This document shows positions 47,478 to 58,129 of a DNA stretch of 64,000 nucleotides, piece by piece. The number at the start of each line of letters is the position of its first letter. Positions within the stretch are counted from its first letter, which is position 1. The position numbers and the translations under genes are program-made. The notes beneath the pieces are model-generated. The model worked only from the letters and a program-made list of their open reading frames with translations. It was not told the origin of the DNA and searched no databases. The stretch comes from a phage, in sequence record PX915678.1; one strand, given 5' to 3'.

Positions 47478-48656
47478 TTAAAAATATTTTTTAAAACTCA
47501 TCATAACTTTATCATCAACATCATTATCAATCTGTGCAACAAGGTAAGATGACAGTTCTACTTCTTGTGGCGCGGATTGAACATTATCAGAATTAAGATA
47601 TTCACGAATCCAAGGATACGGATGTTTAACCGGAGCATCGGTAATTGGGCATGGAAGACCACACTGTTTCATACGAGATACAGTTAAGTAATCAATAAAG
47701 CTCCACATGCTATTTGTATTTAATCCAGGAACATCACCATCTTTAAATAAATGAACTGCCCAGTCTTTTTCTTGGCGGTTGACTTCCATAAAAATATCAA
47801 CTGCTTCTTGTTCACACTCTTGGGCGATTTTAACCCATTCATCCCCATCAGTGCCAAGCTGAAGTTGACGAATAATATATTGGGTACCTTTAAGGTGAAG
47901 CTGTTCATCACGAGCAATGAACTTCATAATCTTGGCATTACCTTCCATGATTTCCATGTTCTTATGGAAGTTAAAGGTACATGCAAAAGATACATAAAAA
48001 CGAATAGCTTCCAATGCGTTGATTACATGAAGGCAAAGATAAAGAGATTTCATTAGTGCTCGTTTAGCTTCGGCTTCTTGTTTAATAGCTCGATTTAAAC
48101 GAAAATCAGCATCAGGAGATTCTTTAGCTAGTTCTACGAATTCTTTAGCATTTTCCCATTCACGGGTCTTCTTAAGAACATCATCGTAATAGCGACCAAT
48201 GGACTCGGCACGTTTCATAATATCTTCATCTAATACAATCTCATCAAATACCTTTGACGGATCAGTATAAAGATTTCGCATAATATGAGTATATGAACGA
48301 CTGTGAATAGTTTCACTAAAAGTCCATGTAGCAACCCATGTATCAAGACTTGGATCTGAAATTAATGACATAAGTACAGCAGACGGTGCACGACCCTGAA
48401 TGCTATCCAAAAGTGATTGATACTTCAGGTTATTAGTAAAAATATCTTGCTGATACTGAGGAAGCTTGTTAAATTGTGCAGCATCCATCATCAAGTTTAC
48501 TTCTTCAGGACGCCAGAAAAATGACAATTGCTTTTCGGTTAAATCTTCAAAAACTTTATGGCGTTGAATATCATAACGCGCAATACCAAGACCTGAACCG
48601 AAGAACATGGGTTCTTTTAAAACATCAACTGGATTTGTATTAAAAACTGTGCTCAT
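47478..48656 (-). CDS. nrdB: ribonucleotide reductase small subunit, uninterrupted
   Basis: 392-aa continuous ORF with a diiron R2-like fold; no intron or I-TevIII ORF. Confidence 0.93.
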   Translation of the reverse strand: MSTVFNTNPVDVLKEPMFFGSGLGIARYDIQRHKVFEDLTEKQLSFFWRPEEVNLMMDAAQFNKLPQYQQDIFTNNLKYQSLLDSIQGRAPSAVLMSLISDPSLDTWVATWTFSETIHSRSYTHIMRNLYTDPSKVFDEIVLDEDIMKRAESIGRYYDDVLKKTREWENAKEFVELAKESPDADFRLNRAIKQEAEAKRALMKSLYLCLHVINALEAIRFYVSFACTFNFHKNMEIMEGNAKIMKFIARDEQLHLKGTQYIIRQLQLGTDGDEWVKIAQECEQEAVDIFMEVNRQEKDWAVHLFKDGDVPGLNTNSMWSFIDYLTVSRMKQCGLPCPITDAPVKHPYPWIREYLNSDNVQSAPQEVELSSYLVAQIDNDVDDKVMMSFKKYF

Positions 48657-48707
48657 AAATTTTCCGCTTAGTTAATAGATAGTGACTCGTCCGTGAGTCA
48701 AATTATA

Positions 48708-50972
48708 TCATAATTTACAGGATGAACAATCTTCAGCTTTTGGAGTTTCTATTTCATAATCATCAGTACCAGAACCGTCACGGGTATTATGATAATAGAA
48801 ATTTTTTCCGCCAAAATACCAAAAATATAAAAGGTCATCAATCATTATTGACATTGGAACCTTTCCTTTTGGAAAAATCTGCGGGTCATAATATGTATTC
48901 GCTGAAGCTGATTGACACACCCATTTAAGCATAATAGCTACCTGCGTAAGATAAGGTTTATTACCTTTCTTAGCTAATTTCCACGTATAATCATATAGGT
49001 CTATGTTATGCTCAATATTGGGCACGACTTGATTAAAGGAACCCTCTTTTGATTCTTTAACAGAGACTGGTCCACGTGGAGGCTCGATACCGTTTGTACT
49101 GTTAGAAACTTGGGAAGATGACTCACATGGCATAAGTGCTGATAATGTGCTATTACGGATGCCAAAGAGCTTAAGGTCTTCCCGCAGCGACGACCAGTCA
49201 CAAACGTATTTTGGAGCTGCGATTTGGTCAATCTTTTTATTGTACCAGTCGATAGGTAATTCGCCTCGAGACCAACGAGTGTCTGAATAATATTCGCAAG
49301 GTCCTTTTTCTTTGGCGAGCTTAATGGATGCTTTAATGAGTCCATACTGTAATCTCTCAAATAGTTCGTGTGTTAAATCGTTAGCATCTTCATAAGAAGC
49401 AAAATTACTTGCCAGCCAAGCTGCATAGTTAGTAACACCTACACCAAGGTTTCGACGCTTTTTGGCTTTTTCTGCTTCAGGAACTGGATATCCTTGGTAA
49501 TCCAAAAGATTATCAAGAGCACGAACTTGGACTTCTGCCAATTCATTAATTTTATCTTGGTCTTGCCAATCGAAGTTATCTAACACAAATGCAGATAACG
49601 TGCACAATCCAATTTCAGCATCAGGACTATTCACATCATTTGTTGGAATAGCAATTTCACAACACAAGTTGCTCTGACGAATAGGTGCCTTTTCACGAAT
49701 AAACGGAGTATAGTTATTCGTATTATCAATGAACTGTACATAAATCCTTGCTGTTCCTGAGCGTTCAGTCATGAGCAATTCAAACAGTTCACGGGCTTTA
49801 ATACGCTTTTTACGAATATTAGGGTCTTTTTCTGCAGCTTCATATAATTCACGGAAACGGTCTTGGTCTTTAAAATAAGAATAATAAAGTTCGCCACCCA
49901 TTTCATGCGGACTGAACAAAGTAATGTAATCATTCTTTCCGAATCGTTCCATCATCAAATCATTCAGCTGGACGCCATAATCCATATGACGGATACGGTT
50001 TTCTTCTACACCTTTGTTATTTTTCAAAACGAGAAGATTTTCAACTTCCAAATGCCAAATAGGATAATAAGCAGTAGCAGCGCCGCCACGAATTCCACCC
50101 TGTGAGCATGATTTAACAGCAGTCTGAAAATGTTTCCAAAAAGGAATAACGCCAGTATGGCGTACTTCACCTGTGCCAATCTTAGAACCTTCGGCACGAA
50201 TCATACCAACGTTAATACCAATTCCAGCACGTTTGGAGATATATTCAACAATTGAAGCAGAAGCCTTATTGATAGACTTTAATGAATCACCTGCTTCAAT
50301 AACAACGCATGAACTAAACTGCCGAGTTGGAGTACGGCAACCAGCCATAATAGGAGTTGGCAGTGAAATCTGTCGAGTAGATACTGCTTCATAAAAACGA
50401 ATAACATGTTTTAATCTATCAACAGGTTCATCTTGATGCAATGCCATTCCAATAGTCATAAATGCAAACTGTGGAGTTTCATAAATTTGACCAGTGGTTT
50501 TATCTTTAACTAGATATTTTTCTTTTAATTGCATCGCCCCGGAATAAGTAAATTCCATATCCCGTTCGTGCTTAATTTTTGATTCTAAAAATGTAATTTC
50601 TTCTGCTGAATATTTTGACAACAATTCAGGGTCGTATTTACCTTCATTTACACAGTAAGAAATATGGTCAATAAATGAACGTGGTTCATACTGCCCGTAA
50701 ACATGCTTACGAAGAGCGAACATTAAACAGCGTGCAGCTACGTATTGATAATCAGGCTCTTCAACTGAAATAGAATTCGCAGCAGCCTTAATTACAATGG
50801 TTTGAATGTCATCAGTTGTCATTCCATCACGGAGATATGATTTAATATTTTCATATAATTCATAAGGATCTACAGATGTTCCTTCAGCTGCCCAAGATAA
50901 AACTTTAATAATTTTTTGTGGGTCAAAGCTCTGAGAAACACCACTACTTTTGATAACATTAATTAATTGCAT
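48708..50972 (-). CDS. nrdA: ribonucleotide reductase large subunit
   Basis: 754-aa ORF (T4 NrdA is 754 aa); class I RNR signature near the C-terminus. Confidence 0.96.
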   Translation of the reverse strand: MQLINVIKSSGVSQSFDPQKIIKVLSWAAEGTSVDPYELYENIKSYLRDGMTTDDIQTIVIKAAANSISVEEPDYQYVAARCLMFALRKHVYGQYEPRSFIDHISYCVNEGKYDPELLSKYSAEEITFLESKIKHERDMEFTYSGAMQLKEKYLVKDKTTGQIYETPQFAFMTIGMALHQDEPVDRLKHVIRFYEAVSTRQISLPTPIMAGCRTPTRQFSSCVVIEAGDSLKSINKASASIVEYISKRAGIGINVGMIRAEGSKIGTGEVRHTGVIPFWKHFQTAVKSCSQGGIRGGAATAYYPIWHLEVENLLVLKNNKGVEENRIRHMDYGVQLNDLMMERFGKNDYITLFSPHEMGGELYYSYFKDQDRFRELYEAAEKDPNIRKKRIKARELFELLMTERSGTARIYVQFIDNTNNYTPFIREKAPIRQSNLCCEIAIPTNDVNSPDAEIGLCTLSAFVLDNFDWQDQDKINELAEVQVRALDNLLDYQGYPVPEAEKAKKRRNLGVGVTNYAAWLASNFASYEDANDLTHELFERLQYGLIKASIKLAKEKGPCEYYSDTRWSRGELPIDWYNKKIDQIAAPKYVCDWSSLREDLKLFGIRNSTLSALMPCESSSQVSNSTNGIEPPRGPVSVKESKEGSFNQVVPNIEHNIDLYDYTWKLAKKGNKPYLTQVAIMLKWVCQSASANTYYDPQIFPKGKVPMSIMIDDLLYFWYFGGKNFYYHNTRDGSGTDDYEIETPKAEDCSSCKL

Positions 50973-51289
50973 AAGTCCTCAACTTGAAAATCGTCTTTAA
51001 ACAATCGGTTAACTATATGAGCTATTATATCACCATGACACGGCTTCGGTTTACATGTGCATCCTAGCCTCATTCCACGTAAAGGCTCTAAATGTGCTTT
51101 AGTTATTTCTCCGGATTTAATTCGACGTATAAAATCTTTTTTGAATAATTCAATGGCAGCCTCCCGGCTGCCAGCATCTTTACCGACGTAATTTCCCCAA
51201 AATGTACCACGGTGAATATTAACATCAAAGTCGGATTTATATTTATTCACTACCTGGCATAGACGGCCCGCGCGGTGATAATTCGTCAT
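50963..51289 (-). CDS. hypothetical conserved protein (nrdA.1 position)
   Basis: 108-aa ORF; start may lie downstream since it overlaps the next ORF by about 47 nt. Confidence 0.6.
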   Translation of the reverse strand: MTNYHRAGRLCQVVNKYKSDFDVNIHRGTFWGNYVGKDAGSREAAIELFKKDFIRRIKSGEITKAHLEPLRGMRLGCTCKPKPCHGDIIAHIVNRLFKDDFQVEDLCN

Positions 51290-51518
51290 ATTGTTGTTCC
51301 GTTAAAACAGTAATATCATAATAACAATCAGAAGAAGTTTTAACTGTGGAAATTTTATTATCAAAATACTCACGGGTCATTTTATGAGTATAATATTTTT
51401 TGCCATAAATGATAATAGGCTGATTTGGTCCTGGAACTTCTAACTCACTTGGATTAGGAAGTGTAAAAAGAACGACACCAGAAGTATCCTTAAATCGTAA
51501 AATCATATATCCTCTCAA
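51243..51518 (-). CDS. hypothetical protein (nrdA.2 position)
   Basis: 91-aa ORF between td and nrdA. Confidence 0.55.
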   Translation of the reverse strand: MRGYMILRFKDTSGVVLFTLPNPSELEVPGPNQPIIIYGKKYYTHKMTREYFDNKISTVKTSSDCYYDITVLTEQQYDELSPRGPSMPGSE

Positions 51519-51529
51519 TTAAATTAAAA

Positions 51530-52389
51530 TTACACCGCCATCTTTCCTTTAATTGGCGGGTGAGATACATAGTTGTTAAGAACAAAATTATGCGGCTTTG
51601 CGAATTGACTCAACCAAAATACCTGCGATTCTGTGTCCCATTCATCAAATTCATCTGGAAATTTTAATTGTAATTCGCATAAATCCATAGGTTCACGACG
51701 CAAAATTTCTTTACATTGTTCTACGTGATTCATATAGATATGAGTATTACCACCAGAAAATATCAAATCTCCAGGAATAAGATTACACATCTTAGCTACA
51801 ATATGAACTAACGTAGCATATGATGCAATATTAAATGGAAGACCGAGGAAAACATCTACCGAACGTTGATACCACTGCAAATCCAAATAGCCATTACGCA
51901 CATTAAACTGATAGAACATATGACAAGGTGGTAATGCCATATATTTAAGTTCAGCTGGATTCCATGCAGAAACAATTTGACGCCTATCATTTGGTAGTTT
52001 TTTAATACGATCAACAACTTCTATAATTTGGTCTACACCACCAAAATCGCGCCATTGTTTTCCATAAATTGGACCAAGTTCACCACTATGGTATCCTAAA
52101 TCTTTTGCTTGATTTTCGTAATTTTCATCCCAGACTGTTTTGCCTTGAATTAATGAATCATGTTGAATTAATCGCAAATCATTGACATTTGTGCTTCCCG
52201 ATAAAAACCATATTAGTTCAGCAATGCAAGCTTTCCAGGCGAGCTTCTTAGTCGTTACTGCAGGAAAACCTTTAGTTAAATCCCAGCGTAATTTAGTACC
52301 GAACAAAGCAATTGTTCCTGTGCCTGTTCGGTCATCGGTTTCGTAGCCATTTTCTAGGATATCTTTAATTAAAAATTGGTATTGTTTCA

Positions 52390-52390
<1 letters not shown>
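51530..52390 (-). CDS. td: thymidylate synthase, uninterrupted
   Basis: From the internal ATG: MKQYQFLIKDILENGYETDDRTGTGT...; catalytic Cys motif ALPPCHMFYQF; 286 aa continuous, no intron. Confidence 0.95.
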
Positions 52391-53419
<1,029 letters not shown>

Positions 53420-53427
53420 TTTATCTC

Positions 53428-53763
53428 CTAATATAAAGGATCGGGAACATATCCACTAGCTTTAATCATTTTAATTAATGTTAACATTCCTTTATTAACT
53501 GCTAGTGAAATTTCATCAAAAACTTCATCACTAAAAAGTTCTAACACGCCCTTCTGAACTTTTAGTTTACAGCCAACAATTTCGTCATCGCCTATAGTAA
53601 ATTCGTTTCCGCCAATTCCACCGAAAAACTTAATTACGCCAGTTAACTGTCTTCCACGAGAATATGGGTCGTGCGATAAAGTAATATGAGTCACCCCAGG
53701 TACAGTTTTAAATTGGCAGCGGATGTTTACTTGAGCAATTCCAGTTACATGAATGTCAGACAT
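53428..53763 (-). CDS. hypothetical protein (frd.2 position)
   Basis: 111-aa ORF. Confidence 0.6.
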   Translation of the reverse strand: MSDIHVTGIAQVNIRCQFKTVPGVTHITLSHDPYSRGRQLTGVIKFFGGIGGNEFTIGDDEIVGCKLKVQKGVLELFSDEVFDEISLAVNKGMLTLIKMIKASGYVPDPLY

Positions 53764-53773
53764 AATATTTTCC

Positions 53774-54016
53774 TCAAACAGTCTTTTTCACAATTTTCCA
53801 ATCAGCTTTAAACTGTTCAACATCAGAATGGTAAATCCAGAATCCTGCGCTTTCTCCATCCTCATAAAGAGGGCATCCATCACATTCATCTTCCCATCCC
53901 ATATCACGCAAAAGATGTTCAGCTTTTTCAACAAGTTCAGAATCTTTACCGATGATATTAAAATACCATTTACCTCTAACTTCTGAATCTTTAATACTCT
54001 GACGTTGTAATCTCAT
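53774..54016 (-). CDS. hypothetical protein (frd.3 position)
   Basis: 80-aa ORF with an early-type promoter upstream. Confidence 0.6.
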   Translation of the reverse strand: MRLQRQSIKDSEVRGKWYFNIIGKDSELVEKAEHLLRDMGWEDECDGCPLYEDGESAGFWIYHSDVEQFKADWKIVKKTV

Positions 54017-54041
54017 TTTATTCTCCTTAGTTGATAGGGTA

Positions 54042-54070
54042 ATAGTATCACACTACTACCCTACTGTAAA
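54042..54070 (-). promoter_or_regulatory. early promoter upstream of the frd.3-position ORF
   Basis: Minus strand GTTTACA - 17 nt - TGaTACTAT. Confidence 0.5.
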
Positions 54071-54436
54071 CTACTTTTTGAAAGTTTTTCGCAAAAGTTC
54101 AATGATTTCGTCGACGTTATTTTCGTCTACAATGCAGTGAATTTTTGTTACGCCAGAAACCTTGTCTTCGATTTCATCTTCTTCAGAAGTCGGTTCTTTA
54201 TATTCACGGAAACAATGAAATTCATCTTCGCAAACGTTAAAGTAAAAATGCTTTCCATTTGCGCATTCAATGTGTTTTATTACTCTAAATCCATCGGCAA
54301 AGAAAGCTTCTTTAACTTCAAACCATCCGCCATTTTCTTGAATAATTTTAACTATTGATGAATTAGAACGTGGGCGATAATTAATAAATGTATTAATAAG
54401 TCTTGGAACAAGCTCATACTTTTTGCCGATATACAT
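54071..54436 (-). CDS. hypothetical protein
   Basis: 121-aa ORF between gene 32 and the frd.x ORFs. Confidence 0.55.
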   Translation of the reverse strand: MYIGKKYELVPRLINTFINYRPRSNSSIVKIIQENGGWFEVKEAFFADGFRVIKHIECANGKHFYFNVCEDEFHCFREYKEPTSEEDEIEDKVSGVTKIHCIVDENNVDEIIELLRKTFKK

Positions 54437-54479
54437 TGTGTTTCCTCATTTTAATAGGGGCTTTATAGCCCCTTGATAA

Positions 54480-54710
54480 TTATTGTTCAATTAATCCCAT
54501 GTAAAATTCTGTGTCTTCAGAATCCATACCATCACAATATTCATTAGCCATAAAGCGGGTGAGGTCTTCAAGAGGACCTTCAATGACAATAGAAAAATTG
54601 CAATAATTGGGATCATCGTGAATACTTGTGATACTAAGCTCAGGATAACGATTACGAATAATTTCTTCAATATATTCAAAATCAACGATGTCAATATCAA
54701 CTTTAGCCAT
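54480..54710 (-). CDS. hypothetical acidic protein
   Basis: 76 aa from the internal ATG ([11 protein letters not shown]...) with AAAGAGGAAA upstream; the track ORF starts 7 codons earlier. Confidence 0.55.
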   Translation of the reverse strand: MAKVDIDIVDFEYIEEIIRNRYPELSITSIHDDPNYCNFSIVIEGPLEDLTRFMANEYCDGMDSEDTEFYMGLIEQ

Positions 54711-54753
54711 ATTATTTTCCTCTTTAATCATCAGCAGTATTGCCGATAGTTGT

Positions 54754-54782
54754 ATAGTACCACAGTCCTTGTGGTATGTAAA
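54754..54782 (-). promoter_or_regulatory. early promoter upstream of the 76-aa acidic ORF
   Basis: Minus strand GTTTACA - 17 nt - TGgTACTAT. Confidence 0.5.
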
Positions 54783-54803
54783 CTGTTTTGTGAAAAAATT
54801 TTT

Positions 54804-54833
54804 GAAATAAAAAAGGGGACCTCTAGGGTCCCC
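54804..54833 (-). terminator. strong intrinsic terminator after gene 32
   Basis: GGGGACC-loop-GGTCCCC hairpin followed on the minus strand by TTTTTTATTTC. Confidence 0.8.
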
Positions 54834-54855
54834 AATTAATTAGTAATATAATCTA

Positions 54856-55764
54856 TTAAAGGTCATTCAAAAGGTCATCCAGGTCCGTGTCATCAGCACT
54901 AGATGAACTGCCAGAGCTTGAGCTCATAAAATCATCTTCAGTTTTTGTATTGAAGTCGTCAACATTGAATGCATCCAAATCATCAGCAACTTTATCAGCT
55001 TTCTTAGCGGCAGTCGCTGCGGCACCACCCATAGCAGCAGTTCCCATAACTTGACTGAATTTAGTGCTCAGTTCTTCAAACGATTTGAATTTATCTTTAG
55101 AAGTCATTTCAGAAAGGTCAACCATTTGTTCGAACAGTTCTTTCTGGAAAGATTCATCATCAATGTTTGGAATCGCAGATTGATTCAGGAATTTAGATTC
55201 GTCGTAGTTACTAAAACCAGAAACTTGTTTAACTTTCAGTACAAAGTTAGCACCTTCCCACGGACAAGTTACATCAACCGGAGTTTCACCCATTTCAACA
55301 TCAACTGCAATCATTGCATTGATTTTATCCCAGATTTTCTTACCGAAACGGTATTTAAATACTTTACCTTCATTTTCTGGAGCAGCCGGGTCTTTTACTA
55401 CAAGAATGTTAGCCCAGTAAGAAGTTTTACGTTTAACAAGACCGTACTCTTTATTGTCAGTGTTATACAAATCATTTTTACTGATGTACTGACATACTGG
55501 ACAAGAATCGTAATCACCGTGGGTAGATGAACAGTTTTCAATATACCATTTACCATTTTTCTTGAAACCGTGATTTACAAGAATTGCGAATGGTGCTTGT
55601 TCATCATTTTTAGACGGAAGAAAACGAATTACTGCTTGACCGTTACCCGCGTTATCGAGTTTCAGTTTCCACTCACCTTTATCTTCAGAAGAAAAACCAC
55701 CTTTATTTCCAGCCAGTTTAGCCATTTGTGCAGCGAGTTCAGCAGTAGATTTACGTTTAAACAT
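54856..55764 (-). CDS. 32: single-stranded DNA-binding protein gp32
   Basis: 302-aa ORF ([17 protein letters not shown]...) with a zinc-binding His/Cys cluster and acidic Ser/Asp-rich C-terminus; strong terminator downstream. Confidence 0.96.
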   Translation of the reverse strand: MFKRKSTAELAAQMAKLAGNKGGFSSEDKGEWKLKLDNAGNGQAVIRFLPSKNDEQAPFAILVNHGFKKNGKWYIENCSSTHGDYDSCPVCQYISKNDLYNTDNKEYGLVKRKTSYWANILVVKDPAAPENEGKVFKYRFGKKIWDKINAMIAVDVEMGETPVDVTCPWEGANFVLKVKQVSGFSNYDESKFLNQSAIPNIDDESFQKELFEQMVDLSEMTSKDKFKSFEELSTKFSQVMGTAAMGGAAATAAKKADKVADDLDAFNVDDFNTKTEDDFMSSSSGSSSSADDTDLDDLLNDL

Positions 55765-55863
55765 TTTTATTTCCTTTTTAATTTAATTAACAGTTGGTGC
55801 TATGACGATGTATGACCTCATAGCTGGTCAGTGAGATAATTATAATCTATTTATAATAAGCAA

Positions 55864-56517
55864 TTAATACTTGCAAGATTTCACAGTTTCAATAAAAACA
55901 CTTTTAGCTTTCTGTGAATCAATATTTAAAATTTTTCTATAAGCCTTTAACTTTATAGAATAATTATTCCAGACTAAATTATCAGTCTGTTCATCATGTT
56001 TATCGATTATATTTAAAAACGAATCAAGCAAGATAAACGTCTCAAACGAAATTATATTCGATTGAAGTAGTTTAAAAATATAACTTGATTGGACTTTTGG
56101 ATTATACTCAAAGATTTCTTTAAAAGCAGAAACTTCAACTTTTTTACTAAAATAATAAATGTTGCGAATATCTTCTTCAAACTTAAATTTAATTTGCTTT
56201 AAGCGTCCGATATATTCACGATAAAACACAAGTGCATCAGCGTCAGAGATGTCACCAATCCAAGCATCTTGGTTAGCAACCAGATTGCTTATAAAGATTA
56301 AAGCAAGTTCCTTTAATTTATATTTTTCTGATAACTTCTGGAAAAAATACTTATCCCTTCGCTTTTGATAAGCGGCATCAGACACCCGCATGCACCAATT
56401 ATACTTAATTACATCATACTTTCCATTCATATGCTGTTTTATCATTAAGTATAATTTATAAACTGATTTACCATCAATATATCTTTCACCACCAGCAGGC
56501 ATGCGGAGTTTAATCAT
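55864..56517 (-). CDS. 59: helicase loader gp59
   Basis: 217-aa ORF (T4 gp59 is 217 aa), directly between 32 and 33. Confidence 0.93.
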   Translation of the reverse strand: MIKLRMPAGGERYIDGKSVYKLYLMIKQHMNGKYDVIKYNWCMRVSDAAYQKRRDKYFFQKLSEKYKLKELALIFISNLVANQDAWIGDISDADALVFYREYIGRLKQIKFKFEEDIRNIYYFSKKVEVSAFKEIFEYNPKVQSSYIFKLLQSNIISFETFILLDSFLNIIDKHDEQTDNLVWNNYSIKLKAYRKILNIDSQKAKSVFIETVKSCKY

Positions 56518-56852
56518 AGTAGAAAATCTAATGTATTAGTTTTTTCACAACGAACAACAGAAGGACGTAAAAGATTTTCGTCAATAGCTTCTGACTGAAT
56601 TTTTTCAATTATACCCGAAGGAATAAATTTAGCAAATTGAGTTTCAGGAATAGAATTTTCTTCTAAGAATGCTGTTGTAGCTTCAAGATAACTCATTCCA
56701 AACTCTTCTACCATTTTTTCAATAATAAATCCATTTTCTTGACGGTCAAGAAGCTTTGCAATTTCATCCTTTTCTTTCTTAATTGAAAGTTCTTTTTCTG
56801 AAAGACCGGTCTCATCGACCGGACGAATATCATTTAGAGAAAACTGTGTCAT
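56514..56852 (-). CDS. 33: late transcription co-activator gp33
   Basis: 112 aa from the internal ATG (MTQFSLNDIRPVDETGLSEKE...); the track ORF is extended by 3 codons. Confidence 0.92.
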   Translation of the reverse strand: MTQFSLNDIRPVDETGLSEKELSIKKEKDEIAKLLDRQENGFIIEKMVEEFGMSYLEATTAFLEENSIPETQFAKFIPSGIIEKIQSEAIDENLLRPSVVRCEKTNTLDFLL

Positions 56853-57099
56853 AAAGTTCAACTACCTCTTCAGTTTCAGCTTCAAACACATCACGGTTAT
56901 CTTTATGATACAAAGCTAACAGACGATTAAACATCTTTCCATCAACACCAAGTTCATCTTTGGCACGAATTCGAATATCTTTAATCAATTCATTATAACC
57001 AGAAATTTTCAGTTTATGATCAGATGCTTCTTTAATAAATTTAGCCAAATCTTCGCCATGGATAGCTTCATCAAATTCAACCATTTCTTTTTTAGCCAT
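56830..57099 (-). CDS. dsbA: double-stranded DNA-binding protein DsbA
   Basis: 89-aa ORF overlapping the gene 33 start; T4 DsbA size and position. Confidence 0.88.
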   Translation of the reverse strand: MAKKEMVEFDEAIHGEDLAKFIKEASDHKLKISGYNELIKDIRIRAKDELGVDGKMFNRLLALYHKDNRDVFEAETEEVVELYDTVFSK

Positions 57100-57107
57100 T
57101 ATTCACC

Positions 57108-58025
57108 TCAAAATTCATTAATGCTATTAGTTAATTTAGAAAGACCCGCTTTTACAAAATATGAATAAATTTTGCCACGCGGTGGTAATTTATATGAATT
57201 ATAATAATTCACAATGTTTGAAGCAATATTATCAGGAATATAATCAAAATCAATTAGAACTAAATTTTCTTTATATCGATTATATTCAGATTCTGTGAGA
57301 AGCACCTTAGCTTGCTCACGGTCATTAGCAATAGCTTCAACAATAGAGGTTTTCATTGAAGGAGTTCGTTCACCTTCAACTCTAGTAAACCAAAAGTCAG
57401 ATCGTACTTTAACTGAAGCAACGTTATCCTTTTTGTCGCCTTTAAGGATTTTAGTCATACAGTCAACTTCAGCAGAACCGCTTTTAATTTTAACCCATTT
57501 CTTGTGCATCGGTGACCATTGCTTAACATTTGGGTATTTATGAAGTTGAGTAAAGTCACCATCCGACGAAATGATTAAAATCTTATGTCCTTCTAAAGAG
57601 AACTTTTTAACAAGAACAGCAATATGGTCATCTGCTTCATACTTATCAATATCCATAACGATGTATGGCATATAAGCTTTCAATTCATCTATAACTTTAT
57701 GACTGGATTCAAAATAACCTTCCCAGTCCCAAGTAGATTCTTCTCGTGCTTTTCCACGGTTTTTCTTATAATAATAAGCAAAATCACGACGCCAGTATCC
57801 AGATTTCGCGTTATCAATACACAGTACAATTTTAGTGTATCCAAGAGTTTTTGCTTTTTTGACATTAAACTTAATTGAGTTCAATATCAAATGACGAACC
57901 ATTGATAAATTAATTTTTTCTTTATCTGGAAAGTTTACCAAAGCAGTTGAAAGCGCAATCTGACTAAAGTCAATTAAGCAGATTCCTTCTTTGTAATCTT
58001 CATCCAGCATCATTTCTAAATCCAT
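57108..58025 (-). CDS. rnh: RNase H / 5'-3' flap exonuclease
   Basis: 305 aa from the internal ATG (MDLEMMLDEDYKEGICLIDFSQIAL...); the track ORF starts at an upstream non-ATG codon. My hand count was 1 nt off the track here. Confidence 0.93.
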   Translation of the reverse strand: MDLEMMLDEDYKEGICLIDFSQIALSTALVNFPDKEKINLSMVRHLILNSIKFNVKKAKTLGYTKIVLCIDNAKSGYWRRDFAYYYKKNRGKAREESTWDWEGYFESSHKVIDELKAYMPYIVMDIDKYEADDHIAVLVKKFSLEGHKILIISSDGDFTQLHKYPNVKQWSPMHKKWVKIKSGSAEVDCMTKILKGDKKDNVASVKVRSDFWFTRVEGERTPSMKTSIVEAIANDREQAKVLLTESEYNRYKENLVLIDFDYIPDNIASNIVNYYNSYKLPPRGKIYSYFVKAGLSKLTNSINEF

Positions 58026-58087
58026 ATGAACCTCGTTCAATTAGTGAGATTTCTATTATATACTATCCAAATCTTAAAGTAAACAAG

Positions 58088-58095
58088 TATAAATA
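58088..58095 (+). promoter_or_regulatory. late promoter (TATAAATA) for gene 34
   Basis: Exact TATAAATA about 35 nt before the ATG. Confidence 0.7.
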
Positions 58096-58129
58096 CTTAT
58101 TATTGAAAACACAATAGGAGCCCGGGAGA

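Noticed and set aside
55051-55815. 159-aa and 81-aa plus-strand ORFs over gene 32
   Set aside because: Antisense to gp32; Phe/Arg-rich low-complexity translation.
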